Part shown: positions 14,922 through 23,355 of the stretch, one piece after another | Position numbering within the stretch: position 1 is the first letter of the stretch | Layout: each line of letters opens with the position of its first letter | IMG/VR virus record: IMGVR_UViG_3300045988_092324 | Span: 1-34,786 of that record | Source of the DNA: a virus | Direction: 5' to 3' (one strand) | DNA length: 34,786 nucleotides | Translations under genes and position numbers: made by a program | The notes under the pieces: generated by a model | The model's database searches: none | Seen by the model: only the letters and a program-made list of their open reading frames with translations | Told to the model about the DNA's origin: nothing

Positions 14922-15216
14922 CTCGAGGGTCGGAGGCTACCCGATGGGGGTGACCGACGCCACGATAGAGCGCTGCTACGGCGGCACCCGTGAGCCTAGG
15001 ATGTGCGGGAACTGCAGGCATTTCTGCGGCAGCGACATCCACGCCGACTACGGCTACTGCCGCCTCGAGTTCGAGCGAGTCTACGACACGGAGGCGCCGG
15101 GGCGCAAGGAGGGCTTCTGGCGGCTGGCGCAGTGGGCCGTGGCGTGGCTCATGGGGAACCTGCTGTACTGCGAGGACGAGTGCGGCGAGTGCCGCGACTA
15201 CGAGGGGATTGAATGA
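14914..15216 (+). CDS. Cys-rich hypothetical protein (100 aa)
   Basis: Internal ATG at 14914 with RBS GGTGGAG. Motifs CGNCRHFC and CEDECGEC. Confidence 0.7.
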   Translation: MSDSRVGGYPMGVTDATIERCYGGTREPRMCGNCRHFCGSDIHADYGYCRLEFERVYDTEAPGRKEGFWRLAQWAVAWLMGNLLYCEDECGECRDYEGIE

Positions 15217-15608
15217 TGAACATCGACATCAAGACAGCCGACGGCAAGGACATCGAGTTTGGCGGGACGTATTACGACGGGGCGGGTGCCCGTTATCGCG
15301 TGACCGGTATCAGGGTCCCCGACCATCAATTTCTCGCCAAATCGAAGCTCTACTGCATCAAGGAAGGAAGCGGCCCCGTATTGACGAATCCAGGCAGTCT
15401 CTATCTTGCCCCACCGGACAGCCTGGAGAAGCTGAGAGACGATCTGGACAGGTATGTCCGCAATCCAAATGGAACCATCTGCTCGTATTTCAATCGAGAG
15501 AGAAAGGATTGCGATGGCTGTAAGTTCCGGAACAACATCTTCTGCATCAACGCCTTGGTGCAAGACATCGACGAGCGCGTCCACCGTCTGTGCGGTGATG
15601 GCAAATGA
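15213..15608 (+). CDS. Hypothetical Cys-containing protein, paralogue 1
   Basis: Shares PDSLEKLRDDL...C.YFN....C..C...I..R...L with the next gene. The lower-GC region begins here. Confidence 0.75.
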   Translation: MMNIDIKTADGKDIEFGGTYYDGAGARYRVTGIRVPDHQFLAKSKLYCIKEGSGPVLTNPGSLYLAPPDSLEKLRDDLDRYVRNPNGTICSYFNRERKDCDGCKFRNNIFCINALVQDIDERVHRLCGDGK

Positions 15609-16021
15609 TCAAGCTGCCGAAAGATGCCGAGGGCCGCGAGATTCCGCTGGATACCGAGGTGCTGTATGACGAGTGCGGAACAAAGGTGAGCGTGAAGGAG
15701 TTTCTATCCAGAACGTTGGTGGAGAGCCAGAAAACCGAATGGACGATTAAAGCCCAGTACGAAGGCAACTTTTACTACAACAGCTTCAAGCCGAAGAACA
15801 TGCACCTCACTCTGCCAGACACATGGGAGAAGCTGGAGGAGGACTTGGGAAGAGCGGCAGAACGCGATGTTGTTCCGACGTGCTGCCGATACTTCAACGC
15901 CGCCAACAAATGCAACGTTTGTCCGCTTTATGGCAGCGTTAACTGTGATGCGCATAGTGACGAGCGTGCATTTGAGAACATTCTCGACCGTATCCGCAAG
16001 CTGAGGGGCGAGGACAAATGA
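15605..16021 (+). CDS. Hypothetical Cys-containing protein, paralogue 2
   Basis: PDTWEKLEEDL...CCRYFNAANKCNVC...ILDRIRKL. ATGA overlap with paralogue 1. Confidence 0.75.
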   Translation: MIKLPKDAEGREIPLDTEVLYDECGTKVSVKEFLSRTLVESQKTEWTIKAQYEGNFYYNSFKPKNMHLTLPDTWEKLEEDLGRAAERDVVPTCCRYFNAANKCNVCPLYGSVNCDAHSDERAFENILDRIRKLRGEDK

Positions 16022-16275
16022 ACATGACGCCATGCTGGATTTCCGAAATGCCCGGAGAGAAGACGAAAGCGCTGCTTATGGGTTTCTACCAAAAAGCGTG
16101 GACGCATGATGCATCGCCCCTAATCGGAGGGTTTCCCGCAGGGCAAATCGCGTACCCGGTCGCGGTCGTGCTGCTCGAATCGGGCGATGTTGTTACCGTA
16201 AACGCTGAATGCGTGACTATCGACTCGCCCGCAGAACTGTTTGAGCAGTACGCATGGATGGATGGTGAGGCCTGA
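16018..16275 (+). CDS. Hypothetical protein (85 aa)
   Basis: Overlapping start/stop in the operon. Confidence 0.7.
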   Translation: MNMTPCWISEMPGEKTKALLMGFYQKAWTHDASPLIGGFPAGQIAYPVAVVLLESGDVVTVNAECVTIDSPAELFEQYAWMDGEA

Positions 16276-16460
16276 TGGACAAAATCAAGCTGAAACCCTG
16301 TCCGTTCTGTGGTGGCGATGCCGAGATGCAGCAGGGCAAGTATCAAGGTCTGTGCACCTTCTACGTGAGCTGCTTGGGATGCGGCGCACGGACGGACCTA
16401 GAGTACGCCGAGGAGTTCGCTGCAGATCTATGGAATGAAAGGGTGAGCTATGTTGAATAA
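16275..16460 (+). CDS. Lar-family restriction alleviation protein (putative)
   Basis: LKPCPFCGG...VSCLGCGA...AADLWNER matches the Lar-family zinc-ribbon pattern as recalled. Confidence 0.6.
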   Translation: MDKIKLKPCPFCGGDAEMQQGKYQGLCTFYVSCLGCGARTDLEYAEEFAADLWNERVSYVE

Positions 16461-16779
16461 GCGAGCGATGATTTCACAGCCTATGGCTGGTAAGACAGAC
16501 GAGGAGATCGCGGAGGCGAGGGACAAGGCACACGCCAAGCTGCGCGAGATGGGCTACGAGTTCGTAAACACCCTGTTCACCGACGAGTGGTACAGCGACG
16601 AGGCCATGGAGGAGCGCGGCGTGGTGCAGGTCCCGCTCTGCTATCTCGCGAAATCTCTTGAGAACATGAGCCTGTGCCATGCGGCCTACTTCTGCAAAGG
16701 CTGGGAAAACGCACGCGGATGCCGCATCGAGCATGATGCCGCCGTCGCGTACGGGCTTGAGGTGCTGTATGAGGGTTAG
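16450..16779 (+). CDS. DUF4406-like (nucleoside deoxyribosyltransferase-like) protein
   Basis: ISQPMAGK...GYEFVN...KGWENARGCRIEHDAAVAYGLEV pattern. Confidence 0.6.
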   Translation: MLNKRAMISQPMAGKTDEEIAEARDKAHAKLREMGYEFVNTLFTDEWYSDEAMEERGVVQVPLCYLAKSLENMSLCHAAYFCKGWENARGCRIEHDAAVAYGLEVLYEG

Positions 16780-16975
16780 CAATGAAGAGCGCCGCGAGGT
16801 GGCCGAGAATTTGCGAAACCTTACAATCGGCTACTTCATCCAGTACAAGGAGCAGTTCTTTGACGAGCTCGCCGAGGTGGTGGTCGGCTTCGAGGACTAC
16901 CACGACTTCAATGTTGTCCTCGAAAAGCTCGCCGACCTCATCGACCCGGAAGGGGGAGGCGATGATTACCGATAA
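16769..16975 (+). CDS. Hypothetical protein (68 aa)
   Basis: Internal ATG with RBS GAGGTG. Contains EERREVAENLR...LEKLADLIDPEG. Confidence 0.65.
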   Translation: MRVSNEERREVAENLRNLTIGYFIQYKEQFFDELAEVVVGFEDYHDFNVVLEKLADLIDPEGGGDDYR

Positions 16976-17363
16976 GCAGCGCCGCAAGGCCGTCGATTTC
17001 CTGCGCTCAGGCAAGTGCTTGTACTTTGCCGAGCACCGGAAAACGGAGCTCGACTGTAGCCGGTGCATGAAGGTGAGCACGATGCTTTTCGGCCACTACG
17101 ATGCACTTTGCGATTTGGACAGCTGCGGGACCGATACATGGCAGAGATTGGCAGACCTAATCGACCGCCCGACCTGCTACGACCTTGTCGAGCACAAGCA
17201 GGATCCGTTCATCCCGGGCAAGCGGATGGTCGACGGCTACTTCCACTGTTCCGACTGCGGATGGGATGGGCAGATCTGGGAGCATATCGGCTTCGGGGAC
17301 ATGCTTGCGTATGAAGCCGTCCATTGCCCGAAGTGCGGGGCCAGAATCGAGCGCCGTGCGTGA
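16962..17363 (+). CDS. Zinc-ribbon protein (133 aa)
   Basis: RBS GGGGGAGG. WQRLADLIDRPTC plus HCSDCGW...HCPKCG. Confidence 0.7.
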   Translation: MITDKQRRKAVDFLRSGKCLYFAEHRKTELDCSRCMKVSTMLFGHYDALCDLDSCGTDTWQRLADLIDRPTCYDLVEHKQDPFIPGKRMVDGYFHCSDCGWDGQIWEHIGFGDMLAYEAVHCPKCGARIERRA

Positions 17364-17422
17364 TGTGGTCCCCGGCTCTTGGTATGGTAGCCGAAGCAAA
17401 CCGAGCGCGAGGGGGTATGCGA

Positions 17423-17839
17423 ATGGCGTGTAGGCCACCTGTAGGAGATGGGCCAAAAGGCCCATCTACAAAGTCAACACATCCGTTGAGGGACGAGTGG
17501 GCGCTCCGGAAGGGGCGCTCCTCTTACGTCCTGTGGACCGACGAGATGATAGGGCGGATGCAGGCGCACCCGGAGCGGACGGCGGCGGAGATCGCCGCGG
17601 AGCTGAGGGTGACGCCGAGCGCCGTGAGGCACGCGCGGCAGCGGTACGGGCGCTTTTCGACCGGAACGGATGGGCTGTGCATCGTGTGCGACGCGCGGCC
17701 CGTGTTCGACACGTCGGCGCAGGCGAAGAAGTGGAGGCTGTGCAAGGGATGCTATCTGGCGGAGCGGAAGAGGCGGCTCGAGGAGGAGGCGGAGAGCAAC
17801 CGCATACGACAGGCCGCGCACAGGAAGAAGGCCGAGTAG
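17423..17839 (+). CDS. HTH plus zinc-ribbon DNA-binding protein (possible late regulator); start uncertain (17423 or 17486)
   Basis: WTDEMIGRMQAHPERTAAEIAAELRVTPSAVRHARQRYG, then CIVCD...CKGC. Located just before the terminase genes. Confidence 0.55.
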   Translation: MACRPPVGDGPKGPSTKSTHPLRDEWALRKGRSSYVLWTDEMIGRMQAHPERTAAEIAAELRVTPSAVRHARQRYGRFSTGTDGLCIVCDARPVFDTSAQAKKWRLCKGCYLAERKRRLEEEAESNRIRQAAHRKKAE

Positions 17840-17842
17840 CCG

Positions 17843-17876
17843 AAAGGCCCCGGGAAACCGGGGCCTTTTCTTTGCC
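17843..17876 (+). terminator. Rho-independent terminator
   Basis: AAAGGCCCCGG-GAAA-CCGGGGCCTTT followed by TCTTTG. Confidence 0.75.
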
Positions 17877-17884
17877 CGTTACCC

Positions 17885-17936
17885 CCTTTTTACGCTCGTG
17901 GGCAAACGCACGCGCTTGTCCACGTGCGTAAAAAGG
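17885..17936. repeat. 52-bp imperfect palindrome upstream of terS
   Basis: 25-nt arms CCTTTTTACGCTCGTGGGCAAACGC / GCGCTTGTCCACGTGCGTAAAAAGG, 22 of 25 positions complementary, 2-nt spacer. Confidence 0.85.
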
Positions 17937-17987
17937 TGGGAACGTTCGCGTTTCCATATGGCTATCTAGCAGCGGAAACGTGATTTT

Positions 17988-18383
17988 GTGGCGGGAAAAG
18001 GGCGCGAAAAACTGACCAAGGAGGGCATCGAGGATGCCGTCCGCCTGTGCCGTGCCGGACTGACCGACAGGGACATCGCCGCATATCTCGGGGTCGCACG
18101 CGAGACATACAGCCGCTGGATCAACCACCCCAGAACCGACAATCAGCGTCAACTGTGTCACGTTCTAAAAAAGGCCGAGGTCGAGCGCAAGGCGACGCTC
18201 GTGGGCCGCATCATGGACGCGAGCGGCGACAGCTGGCAGGCGGCGGCGTGGCTGCTCGAGCGCAAGTACCCGCAGGAGTACGCCAAGGCGCAGCGCATCA
18301 TGGACACCACCGACACGGCGGTGCTCAAGGCCGCCAAGGAGCTGGTGCTGTCCGTGCCGTCCTCAATCGGCGGGGACGAGTAG
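17988..18383 (+). CDS. terS: Terminase small subunit (HTH type)
   Basis: HTH LTDRDIAAYLGVARETYSRW and WQAAAWLLERKYPQEY motif. Directly upstream of terL. Confidence 0.7.
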   Translation: MAGKGREKLTKEGIEDAVRLCRAGLTDRDIAAYLGVARETYSRWINHPRTDNQRQLCHVLKKAEVERKATLVGRIMDASGDSWQAAAWLLERKYPQEYAKAQRIMDTTDTAVLKAAKELVLSVPSSIGGDE

Positions 18384-18386
18384 CCG

Positions 18387-19613
18387 ATGCCGCTCACGAG
18401 GATGCAGCGCGAGTACCTCGCCAACTGCACGCACCGCTACAACGTGAAGTGCGGGGCGACGGGCTCGGGCAAGAGCTACGTCGACATAGCCGTGACCATA
18501 CCGCAGAGGCTTCTCGCCATGAGGGGCGAGGGGCTGGCGGTGATGATAGGCAACACCCGCTCGACGCTCGAGCGCAACATCCTCGAGCCGATGCGCTCGC
18601 TCTACAGCGAGGACGTCGTCAGCCAGATCGGGCGGGACAACACTGCCCGGATATTCGGGCGCAAGGTCTACTGCCTCGGGGCGGACAAGAAGACGAGCGT
18701 ATCCAAGATTCAGGGCGCCACGTTCGAGTGGGTCTACGGCGACGAGGTCGCCACGTGGAGCGAAGACGTGTTCCAGATGCTCAAGAGCCGCCTGCGCTGC
18801 GAGCACAGCCGATTCGACGGCACCTGCAACCCCGACAGCCCCAACCACTGGTTCAAGCGGTTCCTCGACGGCGACAGCGACATCTACAGGCAGGACTACA
18901 CGATCTGGGACGGTGCGCTGGCACCGGATGTCATCGAGGCCCTCATCAAGGACTACGGCAGCGGCGTGTACTACGACCGCTACATCCTGGGCAAGTGGAC
19001 GCTGGCCGAGGGCCTGGTCTACCCCGGGTGGGAGGGTGCCCTAGAGAGCCGGTATGCGGGCGGCGCCGCCAAGTACGCGGTGTCTTGCGACTACGGAACT
19101 CAGAACGCCTTTGCGGCGCTTCTGTGGGCGTTTGACGGCCGTGTGTGGCACGTGGTGGACGAGTACCGCTACTCGGGCCGCGACACGGGGCACCAGAAGA
19201 CGGACGCCGACTACGTGGCCGACATGGCCGACTTCGTGCGCGGGCTGGGCAAGCCGCCCACGTTCATCATCGACCCGAGCGCCACGAGCTTCATCGCCGC
19301 GATGCGGCAGGCCGGGTTCAAGACCAAGAAGGGGCGCAACGACGTCGCGGACGGCATACGGGAGACGGGGGTGTGCCTGGGCAACGGCGCGGTGCGCATC
19401 TCCGACGCCTGCGCGGGGCTGATAGGCGAGCTCGGCGGCTACTGCTGGGACGCCAAGGCCGACGGCGACAGGCCCGTCAAGGTCGAGGACCACAGCTGCG
19501 ACGCGCTCCGTTACGGCGTGGCGACACTGCGCATGTACAAACCGCAGAAACAGCAGGTAAACCCGCTGTTCGATAGGGAAGGGAGGGGCCGATGGCAGAC
19601 GGCCCGATCGTGA
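18387..19613 (+). CDS. terL: Terminase large subunit (PBSX/Terminase_3-like)
   Basis: Walker A GATGSGKS, C-terminal nuclease-like region, 408 aa. Confidence 0.9.
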   Translation: MPLTRMQREYLANCTHRYNVKCGATGSGKSYVDIAVTIPQRLLAMRGEGLAVMIGNTRSTLERNILEPMRSLYSEDVVSQIGRDNTARIFGRKVYCLGADKKTSVSKIQGATFEWVYGDEVATWSEDVFQMLKSRLRCEHSRFDGTCNPDSPNHWFKRFLDGDSDIYRQDYTIWDGALAPDVIEALIKDYGSGVYYDRYILGKWTLAEGLVYPGWEGALESRYAGGAAKYAVSCDYGTQNAFAALLWAFDGRVWHVVDEYRYSGRDTGHQKTDADYVADMADFVRGLGKPPTFIIDPSATSFIAAMRQAGFKTKKGRNDVADGIRETGVCLGNGAVRISDACAGLIGELGGYCWDAKADGDRPVKVEDHSCDALRYGVATLRMYKPQKQQVNPLFDREGRGRWQTARS

Positions 19614-21028
19614 CGGCGGCTGACATGGCGGCGGCGGGCTCGGCGGCGGGGTTCGCCGCGGACGCCGTGAGGCGCCACATGGCCGGCGAGATGTACCGCA
19701 ACGCCGTGGCGGCCAACGACTACTACCGCCAGCAGAACGTGACCATCAGCAGGTTCACCAAGATCGTGTACTCGAGCGCCGGCACGCCGGTCGACGACTA
19801 CACGGCGTCGGACATGCGAATCAAGTCCAACCTGTTCAAGCGCCTGAACGGGCAGCGCTGCTCATACTCGCTCGGCAAGGGCGTGAGCTTCGTCGACGTC
19901 TCGAAGGGCGGCGAGGACACCACCAAGGAGGCGCTGGGCGACCGCTTCGACGACGACGTGATGAAGATAGGCCTTTACGCGCTCATCCACGGCATCTCGT
20001 TCCCGTTCTGGAACCTCGACCACATCGACGTGTTCACCGCCGACGAGTTCTGCCCGGTGTGGGACGAGGTGAGCGGCGCGATGGTGGCCGGCGTGCGCTT
20101 CTGGCGCCTGGACCCGGACCACCCGTGGAACGCCACGCTCTACGAGCAGGACGGCTACACGCAGATGGCGGCCCCGGCCGCCGGCACGCTCGACTTCGCC
20201 GTGACGGAGGCGAAGCGCGCCTACAAGGTGACCTACGAGGAGGTGCCGGCCGACGGCCTCGCGCTGGCCGTTGACGAGGAGAACTACTCGCGCCTGCCCA
20301 TCGTGCCCGTGTGGGGCAGCGACGCGCACCAGTCCACGCTCGTGGGCATGCGCGGGGGCATCGACGCCTACGACATGATCAAGAGCGGCCTGTGCAACGA
20401 CGTCAACGACTGCGCGCAGGTCTACTGGATAGTCAACGGCGCCGGCGGCATGGACGACCGCGAGCTCGACCTTTGGCGCGCCAAGCTCAAGCTGACGCAC
20501 GTGGCGCAGGTCGACGCCGAGCAGGGGCAGGCCGCGACGCCGTATGTGCAGGAGGTGCCCGTGGCGAGCCGCCGCGAGACGCTGGCCCAGATAAAGGCCG
20601 ACATCTACGAGGACTTCGGCGCGCTCGACGTGCACACCATCGCCGCCGGCGCGACCAACGACCACATCGACGCCGCATACCAGCCGCTCGACGAGGAGGC
20701 CGCGGAGTTCGAGCGCCACATGCGAGAGGGCATCATGGACCTGCTCGCGCTCCAGGGCATCGAGGACACGCCGATCTTCACCCGCACGCGCATCAGCAAC
20801 ACCAAGGAGCAGATCGAGAACGTGTGCCTGGAGGCCGAGTGGCTCGACGAGGAGACCATCCTGCGCAAGCTGCCGAACATCACGCCCGACGAGGCCGCCG
20901 AGATTTTGGAGCGCAAGCGGCGGGAGCAGGAGGAGCGCATGGCAGCGCTGCCGCCGGCGCTCGCTGCCAACGCGACGGGGGCCGCGGGTACAGACGACGA
21001 CAGCGACGACGGGGACGGCGAGGAGTAG
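19592..21028 (+). CDS. Portal protein (SPP1 gp6-like)
   Basis: 478 aa following terL, acidic C-terminus, typical size and position. Confidence 0.85.
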   Translation: MADGPIVTAADMAAAGSAAGFAADAVRRHMAGEMYRNAVAANDYYRQQNVTISRFTKIVYSSAGTPVDDYTASDMRIKSNLFKRLNGQRCSYSLGKGVSFVDVSKGGEDTTKEALGDRFDDDVMKIGLYALIHGISFPFWNLDHIDVFTADEFCPVWDEVSGAMVAGVRFWRLDPDHPWNATLYEQDGYTQMAAPAAGTLDFAVTEAKRAYKVTYEEVPADGLALAVDEENYSRLPIVPVWGSDAHQSTLVGMRGGIDAYDMIKSGLCNDVNDCAQVYWIVNGAGGMDDRELDLWRAKLKLTHVAQVDAEQGQAATPYVQEVPVASRRETLAQIKADIYEDFGALDVHTIAAGATNDHIDAAYQPLDEEAAEFERHMREGIMDLLALQGIEDTPIFTRTRISNTKEQIENVCLEAEWLDEETILRKLPNITPDEAAEILERKRREQEERMAALPPALAANATGAAGTDDDSDDGDGEE

Positions 21029-21031
21029 CGC

Positions 21032-22762
21032 ATGGCCGCGGACGAGGCCCACGAGTTCTCAGACGCCGAGATTCGGGCGTTCGAGCGCGAGGTGGCGGGA
21101 GTGTACGGCGAGGCGGGCAAGACTGTATACGCCAACCTCAAGCGCTATCTGGCGCAGTTCGAGGCCGACGACGAGAAGATGCGCGGGCGTCTCGAGGCCG
21201 GCGAGATCACCAAGGCTCAATACAGGTCTTGGCGAAGCGGGAAGATAGCGGCCGGCAGGCGCTACCGAATCGTCCTCAAGCAGTGCGCCGAGGCCATGAC
21301 GCACGCTAACGTCGTCGCAGCCGCCGCCATCGAGGGCAGGCTGCCCGAGGTCTACGCCGAGAACTACAACTACGGCACGTGGCAGGTCGAGAGCGCCGTG
21401 GGCTGGGACACGTCATTCGCGCTGCAGGACGCCTCGACCGTGCAGAGGCTGCTCACCGACCACGACAGCTACCTGCCCAAGCCGTCCGTCAACGTCGCCA
21501 AGGACATGGCGTGGAACCGCCGGCTCATCGCCAACCAGATCACGCAGGGCGTGCTGCTCGGCGAGTCGATACCCAAGATAGCCAAGCGCATGCAGGACGT
21601 GACGGGGGCGAACCGCGCGGCGGCGGTGCGCTTGGCGCGGACCTCGACGACGGCGGCGGAGAACGCCGGGCGCGTCGACAGCTACAAGAGGGCCAAGGGG
21701 CTCGGCATCAAGGTGCAGCAGGAGTGGCTGGCGACGATGGACGGCCGCACGCGCTCGAGCCACAGGAAGCTCGACGGCGAGAAGGTCGAGGTCGGGGAGA
21801 AGTTCAGCAACGGGTGCCGCTATCCCGGCGACCCGGAGGCGCCGTATGCCGAGACGTGCAACTGCCGCTGCACGCTCATCGCGGCCGTGGATGGCGTGGA
21901 CTACAGCGACGGCAAGCGCTGGAGCAGGCTGCCCGAGGGCATGACCTACGAGGAGTGGAAGGCCGGCAAGCCCGCCGTCACAGGCGCCAAACCGGCCGAC
22001 CGCACCATCTCCGAGTTCATGGGGATGCCCGGCACGGCCCGCAAGCTCGACGCCGCTGGCGTGTCGCCGACCGAGGCGAGAAAGAGGCTCACCGAGCAGC
22101 TCAAGGAGTACGGCATACCGTCCGGCTCGTTCCGCAAGATGAGCGCGGGCGACCAGCAGAAGGTGCTGGACACGGCGCTGGCGACGGAGAGGGGTATCAC
22201 CTCGAAGCGACATTCGGCCCGCGGCTCGAAGGTCAACATGGACCTCGTGAAGTCGGACGGCTACGCCGCGAAGTTCTCGAAGCTGGACATGCCGAGGGAT
22301 GCCGCCGCGTCTGTCCGCAAGTCGGCGGTCGCCATGCTGTCGCACCGCTCTGGAAGCGATCTCGAGGACCTCGTCCTCGTGTCGAAGTCCGATGGCAGGG
22401 TGGTCGCGCGGAGCACGGCCGGAACGGTTCCGTTCGAGACCGCCAGAAACGCGGAAGTCGACAGGGCCATCTCGACACATCCGCGCGGAGACCTCGTCTC
22501 GGTCCATAACCACCCGACCGACCTGCCGCCGACGGGCAGCGACTTCGTCTCGGCGGGCTACAAGGGATACGGCGGCGGCGTCGTGGCCCTGCACAACGGC
22601 GAGGTGTTCTATTACGAGGTGGGGGACATTCCATTTAGAGTCGAGTCCTTCGACAACAAGGTCGAGAATAAAGTTAAAATGGGGACAAGCAGGTATGACG
22701 CCATTATCGAAGTCATGCGCGAGTTTGAGAGGAGCCATGGCATCAAATGGGAAAAGCTATAG
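21032..22762 (+). CDS. Head morphogenesis protein (MuF / SPP1 gp7 family) with ~240-aa C-terminal extension carrying a JAB/RadC-like HNHP motif
   Basis: MuF core: TTAAENAGRVDSY...WLATMDGRTRSSHRKLDGE...CNCRCTL. C-terminal motif LVSVHNHPTDLPPTGSD at 22505-22552. Confidence 0.8.
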   Translation: MAADEAHEFSDAEIRAFEREVAGVYGEAGKTVYANLKRYLAQFEADDEKMRGRLEAGEITKAQYRSWRSGKIAAGRRYRIVLKQCAEAMTHANVVAAAAIEGRLPEVYAENYNYGTWQVESAVGWDTSFALQDASTVQRLLTDHDSYLPKPSVNVAKDMAWNRRLIANQITQGVLLGESIPKIAKRMQDVTGANRAAAVRLARTSTTAAENAGRVDSYKRAKGLGIKVQQEWLATMDGRTRSSHRKLDGEKVEVGEKFSNGCRYPGDPEAPYAETCNCRCTLIAAVDGVDYSDGKRWSRLPEGMTYEEWKAGKPAVTGAKPADRTISEFMGMPGTARKLDAAGVSPTEARKRLTEQLKEYGIPSGSFRKMSAGDQQKVLDTALATERGITSKRHSARGSKVNMDLVKSDGYAAKFSKLDMPRDAAASVRKSAVAMLSHRSGSDLEDLVLVSKSDGRVVARSTAGTVPFETARNAEVDRAISTHPRGDLVSVHNHPTDLPPTGSDFVSAGYKGYGGGVVALHNGEVFYYEVGDIPFRVESFDNKVENKVKMGTSRYDAIIEVMREFERSHGIKWEKL

Positions 22763-22938
22763 ACTATGACTCCTTTGGGGTCGACGACCGACCGGATAGG
22801 CTCTCCGACGTTCCCGATGAGGCCCTCGAAGCCCTGCTCGAGGACGAGCGCCAAAATCCGCCGAAAACATGGGAAGAGGCATGGCGCCGCAGCATCGACT
22901 GGGAGCTCGAGCACGGCGTCAGGAGCACTAATGGCTAA
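22747..22938 (+). CDS. Small acidic protein (63 aa)
   Basis: Overlaps the MuF end by 16 nt, lower local GC, weak RBS. Confidence 0.5.
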   Translation: MGKAIDYDSFGVDDRPDRLSDVPDEALEALLEDERQNPPKTWEEAWRRSIDWELEHGVRSTNG

Positions 22939-23272
22939 GAACGACTACCACGTGATCGTCTACCGCATCCTCCTGTACCTCTATACGTGCCTGAAGGGCG
23001 GGGAGGACGTCGACCCCAAGAGGCTCGACGAGATCGCCCTCGCCGCAGGCGCGAACGAGCGGTACTGGCACTACATCCTGTGCAGCCTGCTCGACTACGG
23101 ATTCATCTCGGGGGCGGTCAGGGTCGAGGTCGACAACACGTTCGACCGCGTCTACGGCCTCGACGGCGCCTGCATCACGCCCCGCGGCATCGAGTACCTG
23201 ACCGACAACTCCTTCATGGCCAAGGTGAGGAAGTTCCTCAAGGAGGCCAAGGACATAGACCCGTTCATCTGA
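22931..23272 (+). CDS. YjcQ-like winged-helix protein (113 aa)
   Basis: Internal ATG with AGGAG RBS. YRILLYLY...ITPRGIEYLTDNSFMAKVRKFLKE resembles the YjcQ family (recall only). Confidence 0.55.
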   Translation: MAKNDYHVIVYRILLYLYTCLKGGEDVDPKRLDEIALAAGANERYWHYILCSLLDYGFISGAVRVEVDNTFDRVYGLDGACITPRGIEYLTDNSFMAKVRKFLKEAKDIDPFI

Positions 23273-23277
23273 CTGTG

Positions 23278-23304
23278 AGGCCCCGCCGTGGCGGGGCCTT
23301 TTCC
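23278..23304 (+). terminator. Rho-independent terminator inside the structural region
   Basis: AGGCCCCGC-CGTG-GCGGGGCCT followed by TTTCC. Confidence 0.7.
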
Positions 23305-23355
23305 ATGCCGCGTGACCGCGGCGGGAACATCCTCCCAGACGCGAGGGAGGACCCC

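Noticed and set aside
17324-17422. Upstream start (17324) of the HTH/zinc-ribbon gene
   Set aside because: It would overlap the end of the previous gene and read through low-GC3 sequence. ATG 17423 (RBS GAGGGGG) or TTG 17486 are more plausible starts.
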